From positions 10,308 to 74,307 of the forward strand of contig JAAETJ010000362.1 in NCBI GenBank assembly GCA_024228495.1: a stretch of DNA of 64,000 bases, read 5' to 3'. This stretch comes from a bacterium. Its GTDB lineage: Bacteria; Pseudomonadota; Alphaproteobacteria; Rhizobiales; JAKIUO01. The position numbers were made by a program, and so were the translations under genes. Positions 28,586-35,917 of this stretch are shown here, piece by piece (positions within the stretch are counted from its first letter, which is position 1; every line of letters begins with the position of its first letter). The notes beneath the pieces were generated by a model that was not told the DNA's origin, made no database searches, and saw only the letters and a list, made by a program, of their open reading frames with translations.

Positions 28586-29800
28586 ATGCCGTCTTTTTTG
28601 AGAAATCTGACCCGATTGTGGGAGCAAAAGCAGAGCGCTACGGGCAAGCTGATTGCCATGCAAAGTGCGGGTAATCCTGTTTGGACGCCGCGCGATTATG
28701 AAGCTCTGGCACGAGAAGGGTTTTCACAAAACGCTATATGTTATCGCTGTGTACGCATGATTTCGGAAAGCGCCGCCTCTGTTCCTTTCAATCTTTTGGA
28801 GGGCAAACAGGTGCTTGATGAACATCCTCTTCTCACATTGCTCAAGCGTCCCAATAGTGTGCAATCGGGGCGGGACTTGCTGGAAGACTGGTACGGACAT
28901 TTGATCGTGGCGGGTAATGCCTATTTGGAATCTGTCAGCCATGATGACGAAGTGATCGAGCTGCACGTGTTGCGCCCGGACCGTATGAAGGTGGTGCCTG
29001 GCACTGATGGCTGGCCGGAATTTTATGAGTATGATGTGGCTGGACTACAGATGCGTTTTCATCAAGGCGGAGAGGGGCAAAAACCCATACTGCATATGTC
29101 CTTGTTTAATCCGCTCAATGATCACTACGGTATGAGCCCCATTGAAGCGGCTGCCTTTGGTATTGATATTCATAATGCGGCGGGCAGTTGGAACAAGGCG
29201 CTACTTGATAATGCTGCGCGGCCATCGGGGGCGCTGATTTATGATGCCAGGGACGCAAGCTTAAGCGTCGAGCAGTTTGAGCGCCTCAAGAGCGAGTTAG
29301 AAAGCGCTCATCAAGGCGCGCGTAATGCAGGGCGTCCCTTGTTGCTGGAGGGCGGCCTTGACTGGAAGCCCATGGGTTATTCTCCGCGTGATATGGATTT
29401 CATTGAAGCGAAATGGGTGGCGGCCCGAGAGATCGCGCTTGCCCTTGGCGTACCGCCCATGCTGCTCGGTATTCCTGGCGACAATACATATTCTAATTAT
29501 GCCGAGGCCAATCGCACCTTTTGGCGACAAACGGTGTTGCCGCTGGTCAATCGCACAAGTAGCGCGCTGACCAATTGGCTGGATGAAACTTTTGGCGAGA
29601 GTGTTGTCCTGAAACCGGACCTCAATAATGTTGAGGCATTGGCATCAGAGCGCGAAGCTCGCTGGCAGCGCATCGCCAAGGCCGACTTTTTATCAATCAA
29701 CGAAAAACGTGAAGCACTGGGTTATAGTCCGGTTGAGGATGGAGAGGAGAGGAAATGGGACGATCGCTCAACTGAACTTGACCTGACAGACACCGCCTGA
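28586..29800 (+). CDS. HK97-family phage portal protein (RcGTA g3 equivalent)
   Basis: MPSFLRNL...WTPRDYEALAREGFSQNAICYRCVRMISE. Length is typical (404 aa from Met 28586). The track start at 28502 is an upstream extension. Confidence 0.9.
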   Translation: MPSFLRNLTRLWEQKQSATGKLIAMQSAGNPVWTPRDYEALAREGFSQNAICYRCVRMISESAASVPFNLLEGKQVLDEHPLLTLLKRPNSVQSGRDLLEDWYGHLIVAGNAYLESVSHDDEVIELHVLRPDRMKVVPGTDGWPEFYEYDVAGLQMRFHQGGEGQKPILHMSLFNPLNDHYGMSPIEAAAFGIDIHNAAGSWNKALLDNAARPSGALIYDARDASLSVEQFERLKSELESAHQGARNAGRPLLLEGGLDWKPMGYSPRDMDFIEAKWVAAREIALALGVPPMLLGIPGDNTYSNYAEANRTFWRQTVLPLVNRTSSALTNWLDETFGESVVLKPDLNNVEALASEREARWQRIAKADFLSINEKREALGYSPVEDGEERKWDDRSTELDLTDTA

Positions 29801-29867
29801 AACCCGGTAACTGTCAGATCAGGTCTGAGTTAGTACATCTGAATTAGTACAAATGCTGATGTCGGAT

Positions 29868-30074
29868 TTATTTGTCTTCCAACTGGTCCATGAGTTTTTT
29901 CCAGCTCAGTTTTTTGCCATTCTTTTTTGGCGTCTTTCCTTTGCACCAAACGATGCCGCCTTTGGTGACATGGAAATCACCTTGATGCTTGCCGTCATTA
30001 TCTTTGACGGCAATAGCTATACCTGCGGAGCCAACGTCCTGATTGACGGCAAGGTCTTTGATGTTGAGTTTCAT
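29868..30074 (-). CDS. Orphan 68-aa Lys-rich protein on the opposite strand inside the GTA cluster
   Basis: Codon third positions are GC-biased as in neighbouring genes. Sequence MKLNIKDLAVNQ...HVTKGGIVWCKGKTPKKNGKKLSWKKLMDQLEDK. No family recognised. Confidence 0.5.
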   Translation of the reverse strand: MKLNIKDLAVNQDVGSAGIAIAVKDNDGKHQGDFHVTKGGIVWCKGKTPKKNGKKLSWKKLMDQLEDK

Positions 30075-30317
30075 TTTGAAAGTCCCGTTCTTTTTATGTG
30101 GGTTGTGCGAATCATATCACGTGCACACGCACATTAGAAAAACTGCTCGTGCAAATCAATACAAGCTGACAATACAGCATTACTCCTGTGGATTTTATGG
30201 GCAGTACATCAACCGTTCAAGCAATGGTCGTAGATATATTTATGACCTGAAATGAATTTGATTTGAACTATTCAACTCGAAAACTTTTTTAACTTCCTCA
30301 AAGAGTATTGGAAAACC

Positions 30318-31007
30318 ATGAACCTGTCTGACCAACAATCTGAGTGTGAACGAAAGTTTGCGCCTCTTGATTTTAAAGGCATTAATGAGGACGGCAGCTT
30401 TGAAGGTTATGCCAGCCTGTTTGGAAAAAAGGATATAAGCGGCGATATCGTTGCACGAGGAGCCTTTGCTTCAAGCCTTCAAAAACGAGGGCCGAGCGGT
30501 ATTCGTATGCTGTACCAACACGACCCGAGTGAGCCCATCGGCGTGTGGAGAGATGTTATTGAGGATGCGTGCGGTTTGTTTGTGCGCGGCCAACTATTGT
30601 CACAAGTTGCCAAGTCGCGAGAGATATTGGCGCTGATGCGCGAGGGTGCGCTAGATGGTTTGTCGATCGGCTTTCGCACGGTGCGTGGCAAGTCCGACCG
30701 CAACAGCGGGACACGCCGATTGTTGGAGGTGGATTTGTGGGAGATCTCCATTGTGACTTTCCCGATGTTGCAACAAGCAAGGATCAGCAGCGTTAAAAGC
30801 AGTGCCTTGCCAACCATGAGAGAATTTGAGCGCTGGCTCGTGCGGGATGCCGGGTTTACGCGCTCCAATGCCAGGGCGGTGATCTGCTCTGGATTTAAAA
30901 ACCTAGCCAGCAAGCGAGACGCCGCCGGTGAGGGAAGTGAGCTGTTGGCCGACGCTATGCGCAGGGCAGCTGGAATGATGAAAAGGAAATATAATGATAG
31001 AATATGA
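30318..31007 (+). CDS. HK97-family prohead protease (RcGTA g4 equivalent)
   Basis: FEGYASLFGKKDISGDIVARGAF...MLYQHDPSEPIGVW. Overlaps the capsid gene start. Confidence 0.9.
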   Translation: MNLSDQQSECERKFAPLDFKGINEDGSFEGYASLFGKKDISGDIVARGAFASSLQKRGPSGIRMLYQHDPSEPIGVWRDVIEDACGLFVRGQLLSQVAKSREILALMREGALDGLSIGFRTVRGKSDRNSGTRRLLEVDLWEISIVTFPMLQQARISSVKSSALPTMREFERWLVRDAGFTRSNARAVICSGFKNLASKRDAAGEGSELLADAMRRAAGMMKRKYNDRI

Positions 31008-32211
31008 AAACAAGGCAGCGTCCGGCACTGATGTGGCGGGGGCATTTGATGAGTTTATGGAAGCTTTTGAAGAATTTAAAAGCACCAATGATGAACGTCT
31101 TGAGCAGGTCGAAAAGCAAGTCAGCACCGATGTGGTGACTGAAGAGAAACTGGCCCGCCTCAACAAGGCCATGGACCAGATGGTTGCCAAATCTGCGCGC
31201 CCCCCTTTGGCTGGAGGTGCGCCGAGTACCGTTGCTGGTAACCAGCATAAATCAGCCTTTGAAACCTATATACGCAAAGGCGATGTGGGTAATCTGCGTG
31301 CCCTTGAAGAAAAGGCTCTATCAGTAGGCTCTGATCCAGATGGTGGTTATCTTGTACCAAGCGAGACCGAAAACACCGTTATGCGTTCGCTCAAGGATAT
31401 TTCTCCCATCCGCGCCATTGCTGGCATCAGGCAAGTCTCTGGTACCAGTTTCAAAAAACCGTTTTCTATCTCGGGACCTGGAACCGGGTGGGTGGGGGAA
31501 AGCGCGGCGCGCCCGGAAACCACTTCGCCAAGTATTGCCGAGTTGAACTTTCCGACCATGGAGCTCTACGCCATGCCCGCGGCCACCTCGACGATGCTCG
31601 ATGATGCGGCTGTCAATGTGGATGAATGGATCGCCGAAGAAGTGCGCATCGCGTTTGCCCAGCAAGAAGGCACCGCCTTTGTATCAGGGGATGGTATCAA
31701 CAAGCCAAAAGGATTTTTGTCTTACGCCAAAGTCGCCAATGACAGTTGGACTTGGGGCAATCTTGGCTATGTGGCAACCGGAGTTGACGGAGATTTTGCG
31801 GCCACTAACCCGTCGGACAATCTGATCGATCTTATATATAGCGTCAAATCGGGCTATCGCGGCAATGCCCATTGGGTGATGAATCGCTCGACGCAGGCAA
31901 GTATCCGCAAAATAAAGGATGCGGATGGCAATTATATCTGGCAGCCCGGTAGCAAGCTTGGTGAAGCATCAACCCTGATGCATTTCCCAATCACGGAAAG
32001 TGAAGATATGCCGGGCATCGCCTCTGATAGCTGCTCGATTGCCTTCGGTGATTTTGGTCGCGGGTATCTCGTTGTTGACCGCGTAGGTCTTCGAGTGCTG
32101 CGAGACCCCTACAGCTCCAAACCCTATGTCTTGTTCTACACTACAAAACGTGTTGGAGGCGGCGTGCAGGACTTCGATGCGATCAAATTGATGAAGTTTG
32201 GGGTGTCCTAA
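30994..32211 (+). CDS. HK97-family major capsid protein (RcGTA g5 equivalent)
   Basis: N-terminal delta-like helix (FDEFMEAFEEFKSTNDERLEQVEK), followed by an HK97-fold-length body of 405 aa. Confidence 0.9.
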   Translation: MIEYENKAASGTDVAGAFDEFMEAFEEFKSTNDERLEQVEKQVSTDVVTEEKLARLNKAMDQMVAKSARPPLAGGAPSTVAGNQHKSAFETYIRKGDVGNLRALEEKALSVGSDPDGGYLVPSETENTVMRSLKDISPIRAIAGIRQVSGTSFKKPFSISGPGTGWVGESAARPETTSPSIAELNFPTMELYAMPAATSTMLDDAAVNVDEWIAEEVRIAFAQQEGTAFVSGDGINKPKGFLSYAKVANDSWTWGNLGYVATGVDGDFAATNPSDNLIDLIYSVKSGYRGNAHWVMNRSTQASIRKIKDADGNYIWQPGSKLGEASTLMHFPITESEDMPGIASDSCSIAFGDFGRGYLVVDRVGLRVLRDPYSSKPYVLFYTTKRVGGGVQDFDAIKLMKFGVS

Positions 32212-32228
32212 TATATCTCTCATTAGAT

Positions 32229-32333
32229 ATATCTCACGGCTATTTTGACGTTGTAGCGTCAAGCCTCCGATGGGGCCGCGCATTACGTGCCAGTCGGAGG
32301 CCCGGCTTTAGCCGGAATAACCGTGAGACATAT
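32229..32333. repeat. Family-A composite palindromic element (two inverted units, about 105 bp)
   Basis: The sequence is ATATCTCACGGCTATT-(GACGttgtagCGTC)-aaGCCTCCGA...TCGGAGGC-(CCGGCtttaGCCGG)-AATAACCGTGAGACATAT. The ends are inverted copies of each other. Confidence 0.75.
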
Positions 32334-32805
32334 CAAGCAACGAATTGCTCGCTTGCGAGCAATGAGGGGAAGCGGGGGTGTTTCCTCCCTGCCATCTTCG
32401 CTTCCCAGTTTTAACTTCACTTGTAATCTTCGTACTCCCAGGCATAAATTTACGGAGTTTGTCAACGCAATGATCTCGACTGTTTCGCGAGCAGCCGCTG
32501 ACGATACTATTGAGATGTTCCTCGAGCGCTGCAAAGGAATAGTCATCAAACCATTGGGTAATTGCCTTGTCGTTTTGAGAACGTTGCACATGATTTTGAT
32601 TACGAGCGGCAATGAGTAATTGGAAATCATTGCCGCTCTTATGACCACGACAACCGATTGTCAAAGTCAGCTGAAAGAACACGTTTTTGAGATTGGCTGG
32701 TGTCCAGTTGCAGATATCATCAATTTCGCTGGAATTCATGCTTTTGAGTTTCAGTTTGCAGAGAGTTGAAAATATTGCGGTTCGTTTTGACGTGGATTTT
32801 TGCAT
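32308..32805 (-). CDS. Orphan 165-codon ORF on the opposite strand between capsid and adaptor genes
   Basis: It is the longest ORF in a 691-bp gap. Its last 8 codons are read out of the family-A repeat. It contains GHKSGNDFQLLIAARNQNH, a faint resemblance to HNH_3-type motifs. The SD is weak and coding status is uncertain. Confidence 0.35.
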   Translation of the reverse strand: MQKSTSKRTAIFSTLCKLKLKSMNSSEIDDICNWTPANLKNVFFQLTLTIGCRGHKSGNDFQLLIAARNQNHVQRSQNDKAITQWFDDYSFAALEEHLNSIVSGCSRNSRDHCVDKLRKFMPGSTKITSEVKTGKRRWQGGNTPASPHCSQASNSLLDMSHGYSG

Positions 32806-32902
32806 GGCCTTGGTCTTCGTTCATTTGGGTTTTGATGAACCGGTTCAGGCGTTCCTATTTTAGAATATTCACTCGTTTTATCAGTTTCAACAAGGATAAA
32901 AA

Positions 32903-33481
32903 ATGGCGCTCGTATTGATAGCTGGCCCAGCGCTGGAGCCTGTCTCGCTGGATGAGGTCAAGGTACATTTGCGGATTGATCATGTAGATGAGGATGTGTT
33001 GCTCGCATCGCTCGTCACAACGGCGCGTATTCATCTGGAGACTATGCTTGGTCTTTCGTTCATTACGCAGCAATGGAAGCTGGTGTTGGACAAGTGGCCA
33101 GATGCGATAAACATCTCCTTGCCGCTTGGACCCGTGCAACAGATTACCGGTATCGCTCTTTATAACACAGCAGATCAGGTCAGCGTGATCGATACCTCAA
33201 GCTATGCACTTGATGCGAACTCACAGCCTCCTCGTCTGGTGTGGCGAGGCGACATGCTAAAGCCTGCGCCAGAGCGCGCCTATAATGGTATCGAGATTTC
33301 CCTGACCACAGGTTTTGGGGCCAACGCCCCTGATGTACCGCTACCATTGCGCCAGGCGATCTTGCTGCTGGTCAGCCATTGGTATGAAAATCGTGAACCC
33401 GTTGGCCTTGGCAATGAGATCAAGGAAATCCCGCAAATGGTTACCATGCTCACCAATGCTTACCGGAGGGTGCGTCTATGA
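32903..33481 (+). CDS. Phage gp6-like head-tail connector/adaptor (RcGTA g6 equivalent)
   Basis: EPVSLDEVKVHLRIDHVDEDVLLASLVTTARIHLE pattern. AAGGA SD. ATGA overlap with the next gene. Confidence 0.8.
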   Translation: MALVLIAGPALEPVSLDEVKVHLRIDHVDEDVLLASLVTTARIHLETMLGLSFITQQWKLVLDKWPDAINISLPLGPVQQITGIALYNTADQVSVIDTSSYALDANSQPPRLVWRGDMLKPAPERAYNGIEISLTTGFGANAPDVPLPLRQAILLLVSHWYENREPVGLGNEIKEIPQMVTMLTNAYRRVRL

Positions 33482-33807
33482 ATATGATGCGTGCGGGAGC
33501 TTTGCGCCACCGGGTGATATTGGAGAGCGCTACAAAAACCAGCGATGGGGGCGGCGGTTCGATGATTTTCTGGGAACAGGAAGCGACCTTGTGGGTGGCG
33601 ATCAAACCCTTGTCGGGTCGTGAGCTCTTGTCAGCGGGACAGTTCTCTTCACGTCTCACCCACCAAATTACATTACGATACATCTCGCAGATATTGCCAG
33701 AGATGCGTTTTCGTAAAGGTAATCGGATTTTCGCGATCAGGGCTGTGCTCGATGTTGAGGAAAAACAGCGCTGGTTGCGGGCTCTTTGTGAAGAAGGGGA
33801 GCTATAG
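33478..33807 (+). CDS. Head-tail adaptor / head closure protein (SPP1 gp16-like; RcGTA g7 equivalent)
   Basis: LRHRVILE...WEQEATLWVAIKPLSGRELLSAGQ...THQITLRY pattern. Confidence 0.8.
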   Translation: MNMMRAGALRHRVILESATKTSDGGGGSMIFWEQEATLWVAIKPLSGRELLSAGQFSSRLTHQITLRYISQILPEMRFRKGNRIFAIRAVLDVEEKQRWLRALCEEGEL

Positions 33808-33809
33808 GT

Positions 33810-34202
33810 ATGAAAACGTCCAGAGAATTATCTCCAGATTCGTTCGAAAATGACTTGGTGAAACAATTTGAGCACATTTCATTTGATCACGAATTGCGCT
33901 TGATTGCCGAGCGATTACGCGAGTTGGCAAAGCAAGAACTCAAGGATGGTGGTGATATATGTCTGAGAAAACAAAAGCTTGTTGACTCGATCCGCGTCGT
34001 TTCCGGGGCGCGAAAAGACCAATATCTGGTCGTTAGCTCGAGAGATTATGGCAAAGATTTGGAATTTGGTGCGAGGAATTCCCTTGAAAAGCCTTGGTTC
34101 ATCCCTGCTTTCGTCACGGTCGCAGGATCAATTGATAAGTGTCTTCAAGGGGCACTCAAGCGAGCACTCCTGAAGGCGAGAAGGCTTCATATTCGCATGT
34201 GA
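33810..34202 (+). CDS. HK97 gp10-family neck/tail-completion protein (extra relative to the RcGTA gene set)
   Basis: LVDSIRVVSG...YLVVSSRDYGKDLEFGARNSLEKPWFIPAF fits the gp10-family pattern (..Si.v....EFGt....PF..PA). By eye it is AT-richer than its neighbours. Confidence 0.6.
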   Translation: MKTSRELSPDSFENDLVKQFEHISFDHELRLIAERLRELAKQELKDGGDICLRKQKLVDSIRVVSGARKDQYLVVSSRDYGKDLEFGARNSLEKPWFIPAFVTVAGSIDKCLQGALKRALLKARRLHIRM

Positions 34203-34308
34203 AATCAGGTCCCGCGGTCATCTGCAATGTCGGTCGTCACATTTAGATCGTCCTAAGAGTATCAGGGGATCAGGCGTTTATTAATATGTATAAGTCGTAC
34301 CCTTGGTA

Positions 34309-34334
34309 GCGTTATTTGAGTTTGTAAGTTTGTT
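34309..34334 (+). repeat. Left copy of short motifs flanking g8 (GCGTTATTT + GAGTTTGTAAGTTTGTT)
   Basis: The same two motifs recur at 34778-34806 in swapped order. Confidence 0.5.
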
Positions 34335-34356
34335 CAACAGTTGTTGGAGTTTGGTT

Positions 34357-34770
34357 ATGAGTGAGAGTGCCAGTTGGTCCGTACAAAAGAGTTTGGTTCA
34401 GGCGTTAATGTCCGATGTTGCGTTGGTTGGTTTGCTGAACGGTCAAAGTGTTTATGACGCCGTTCCCCAGCGAGCCGCTTATCCGTTCATTTCGATTGGC
34501 AATGTGGTCGATCGGGACTGGAGTACCAGTAGTGAGAGTGGTTCCGAGCATGCCCTGACCTTGCATATCTGGTCAAAGGGCAAAGGTAAAATGCAGTGCT
34601 TTGAGATTATGAATGCTGTTCGGCGTGTGTTGCGTGATGGTGAGTTGGTTGTTGAAGATCATCAGTTGGTAAATTTGCGTTTTGAGTTTTCAGATGCCCG
34701 TCTCGATCCCGATGGCGAGACCTATCATGGCATCTTGCGTTTTAGAGCAGTCACTGAAGTAGCTGCGTAA
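34357..34770 (+). CDS. DUF3168-family tail terminator/completion protein (RcGTA g8 equivalent)
   Basis: VQKSLVQALMSD..L..LLNGQSVYDAVPQRAAYPFISIG...HALTLHIWSK pattern. GGAG SD 7 nt before ATG 34357. Confidence 0.8.
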   Translation: MSESASWSVQKSLVQALMSDVALVGLLNGQSVYDAVPQRAAYPFISIGNVVDRDWSTSSESGSEHALTLHIWSKGKGKMQCFEIMNAVRRVLRDGELVVEDHQLVNLRFEFSDARLDPDGETYHGILRFRAVTEVAA

Positions 34771-34777
34771 GTTTTGT

Positions 34778-34806
34778 GAGTTTAAGAGTTTGTTTGCGCG
34801 TTATTT
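34778..34806 (+). repeat. Right copy of short motifs flanking g8 (GAGTTTAAGAGTTTGTT + GCGTTATTT)
   Basis: See 34309-34334. Confidence 0.5.
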
Positions 34807-35027
34807 TTCGAATACGCCCCACGCGAAAAGTTAGTATTTTGATCCGGGCCAGTTCTTCATGTTCGTTCCAGATGGCAAGATGAAGGCCTTGGTGATCTGG
34901 TAGCGTGTTGTGCCAAGTAAGAGTGCTAAGTAGTTGCAGTATGTAGTCGCGTTAAGTTCTCGAAAAACTTTATTTTACTTCTCGCACATTGGGGATAAAA
35001 ATATCGAGTGTATCAAAGTCTTGCGTA

Positions 35028-35058
35028 TTGACTAAACGAGGTATTGATCTTGTATATG
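35028..35058 (+). promoter_or_regulatory. Candidate promoter inside the g8-g9 gap
   Basis: TTGACT (35028-35033), a 17-nt spacer, then TGTATAT (35051-35057). Confidence 0.3.
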
Positions 35059-35062
35059 GGTA

Positions 35063-35125
35063 AAATCAACCCGGTTTTTGAGCAGAGTTGTGAAACGGTC
35101 CCTCAGTCAGGGACCGTTTTTTATT
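35063..35125 (+). ncRNA. Candidate short transcript (about 60 nt) ending at the intrinsic terminator
   Basis: Bounded by the promoter-like motif upstream and the terminator at 35093-35125. No ORF with an SD lies inside. Purely predictive. Confidence 0.2.
35093..35125 (+). terminator. Strong Rho-independent terminator between g8 and the tail-tube gene
   Basis: aaacggtccct-cagtc-agggaccgttt has an 11-bp stem. It is followed by TTTTTTATTTTT. Confidence 0.85.
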
Positions 35126-35134
35126 TTTGAAAAA

Positions 35135-35203
35135 CCTCTGAGCAAGGGCGACAGCCTGCCCTCGCGGAGGCCCAGCGGCAGGTGCAATAGCCGTGAGCGA
35201 TAT
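35135..35203 (+). repeat. Family-A repeat unit
   Basis: cctctgagc...ctcgcggaggcccagcggcaggtgcaatagccgtgagcgatat. Confidence 0.6.
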
Positions 35204-35259
35204 TTTTTTAATAGGGTCCCTTTGGGGGCTCTTTTTGTTTTTATAAAAGGAGAGCCGTC

Positions 35260-35673
35260 ATGGTTGCACAAAAGGGCAAGGATCTGTTGTTGAAGGTTGA
35301 TGATGACGGGGTCGGCAGCTTCGTGACAATGGCCGGATTGCGGGCCAAAAGCCTATCGTTTAACGCCGGCACCGTCGATATTACGCATACAGAATCGGTG
35401 GGCCAATGGCGCGAACTGTTGGCTGGTGCGGGCATTAAAAGCGCAAGGGTGACAGGCTCTGGCGTCTTTAAAGATTCGGCAAGTGATGAACGTACTCGGC
35501 AGTTATTTTTCGATGGCATCATCCGCGACTGGCAGATCATAGTTCCCGATTTTGGCACTATTTCAGGTGCATTCCAGATCACTGCGCTGGAGTTTTCCGG
35601 TAATCATAATGATGAAGTGAGTTTTGAGCTTGGTCTCGAATCAGCCGGGGTGCTCTCTTTCTTAGCCGTTTAA
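35260..35673 (+). CDS. Major tail (tube) protein, TP901-1 family (RcGTA g9 equivalent)
   Basis: GKDLLLKVDDDGVGSFVTMAGLRAKSLSFNAGTVDITH...ISGAFQITALEFSGNHNDEVSFEL. AAAGGAGAG SD. Confidence 0.85.
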   Translation: MVAQKGKDLLLKVDDDGVGSFVTMAGLRAKSLSFNAGTVDITHTESVGQWRELLAGAGIKSARVTGSGVFKDSASDERTRQLFFDGIIRDWQIIVPDFGTISGAFQITALEFSGNHNDEVSFELGLESAGVLSFLAV

Positions 35674-35674
35674 T

Positions 35675-35762
35675 ATATTTAGCTGCTATTCCGCCTAACG
35701 CCAGGCCTCCGTTGTGGCACGCCATGGCACCACGGCCAGTCGGCCTTGCCGACGAGTACATA
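35675..35762. repeat. Family-A composite element, degenerate copy
   Basis: The sequence is atatttagctgctatt...aggcctccgttgtggcacgcc...gccagtcggcc...gagtacata. It is colinear with 32229-32333 but carries substitutions and a 3-nt deletion. Confidence 0.55.
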
Positions 35763-35837
35763 GGTGTTATTTTTCCATTCCATGATTTTGTTGCGGGAAA
35801 AGGAAGCTGTAGGTGTACTCACCAGGGCAAGCGTGAC

Positions 35838-35900
35838 CACGTGCCGAGATTTGCTAGCCCGTCGGAGGCCGCGCGAATGTGCGAATAGCCGCGAGACATA
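35838..35900 (+). repeat. Family-A repeat unit with centre segment
   Basis: cacgtgccgag...cccgtcggaggccgcgcgaatgtgcgaatagccgcgagacata. It covers the ATG at 35879 offered by the ORF track. Confidence 0.6.
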
Positions 35901-35917
35901 ACAAAAAGGATATTGAA

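Noticed and set aside
29853-30137. 94-aa plus-strand ORF between portal and protease
   Set aside because: It is antisense to the 68-codon minus-strand ORF, which has the more gene-like codon bias. The plus-strand translation is Phe/Leu-rich, as expected for the complement of a Lys-rich gene.
32287-32619. 110-aa plus-strand ORF (GTG start) in the capsid-adaptor gap
   Set aside because: It starts inside the palindromic repeat, has no SD, and is antisense to the longer 165-codon ORF. Neither can be proven, and the plus-strand one has the weaker case.
35078-35293. 71-aa plus-strand ORF in the g8-g9 gap
   Set aside because: It reads straight through an intrinsic terminator hairpin and a family-A repeat and then overlaps the tube-gene start. 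It is not credible as a gene.
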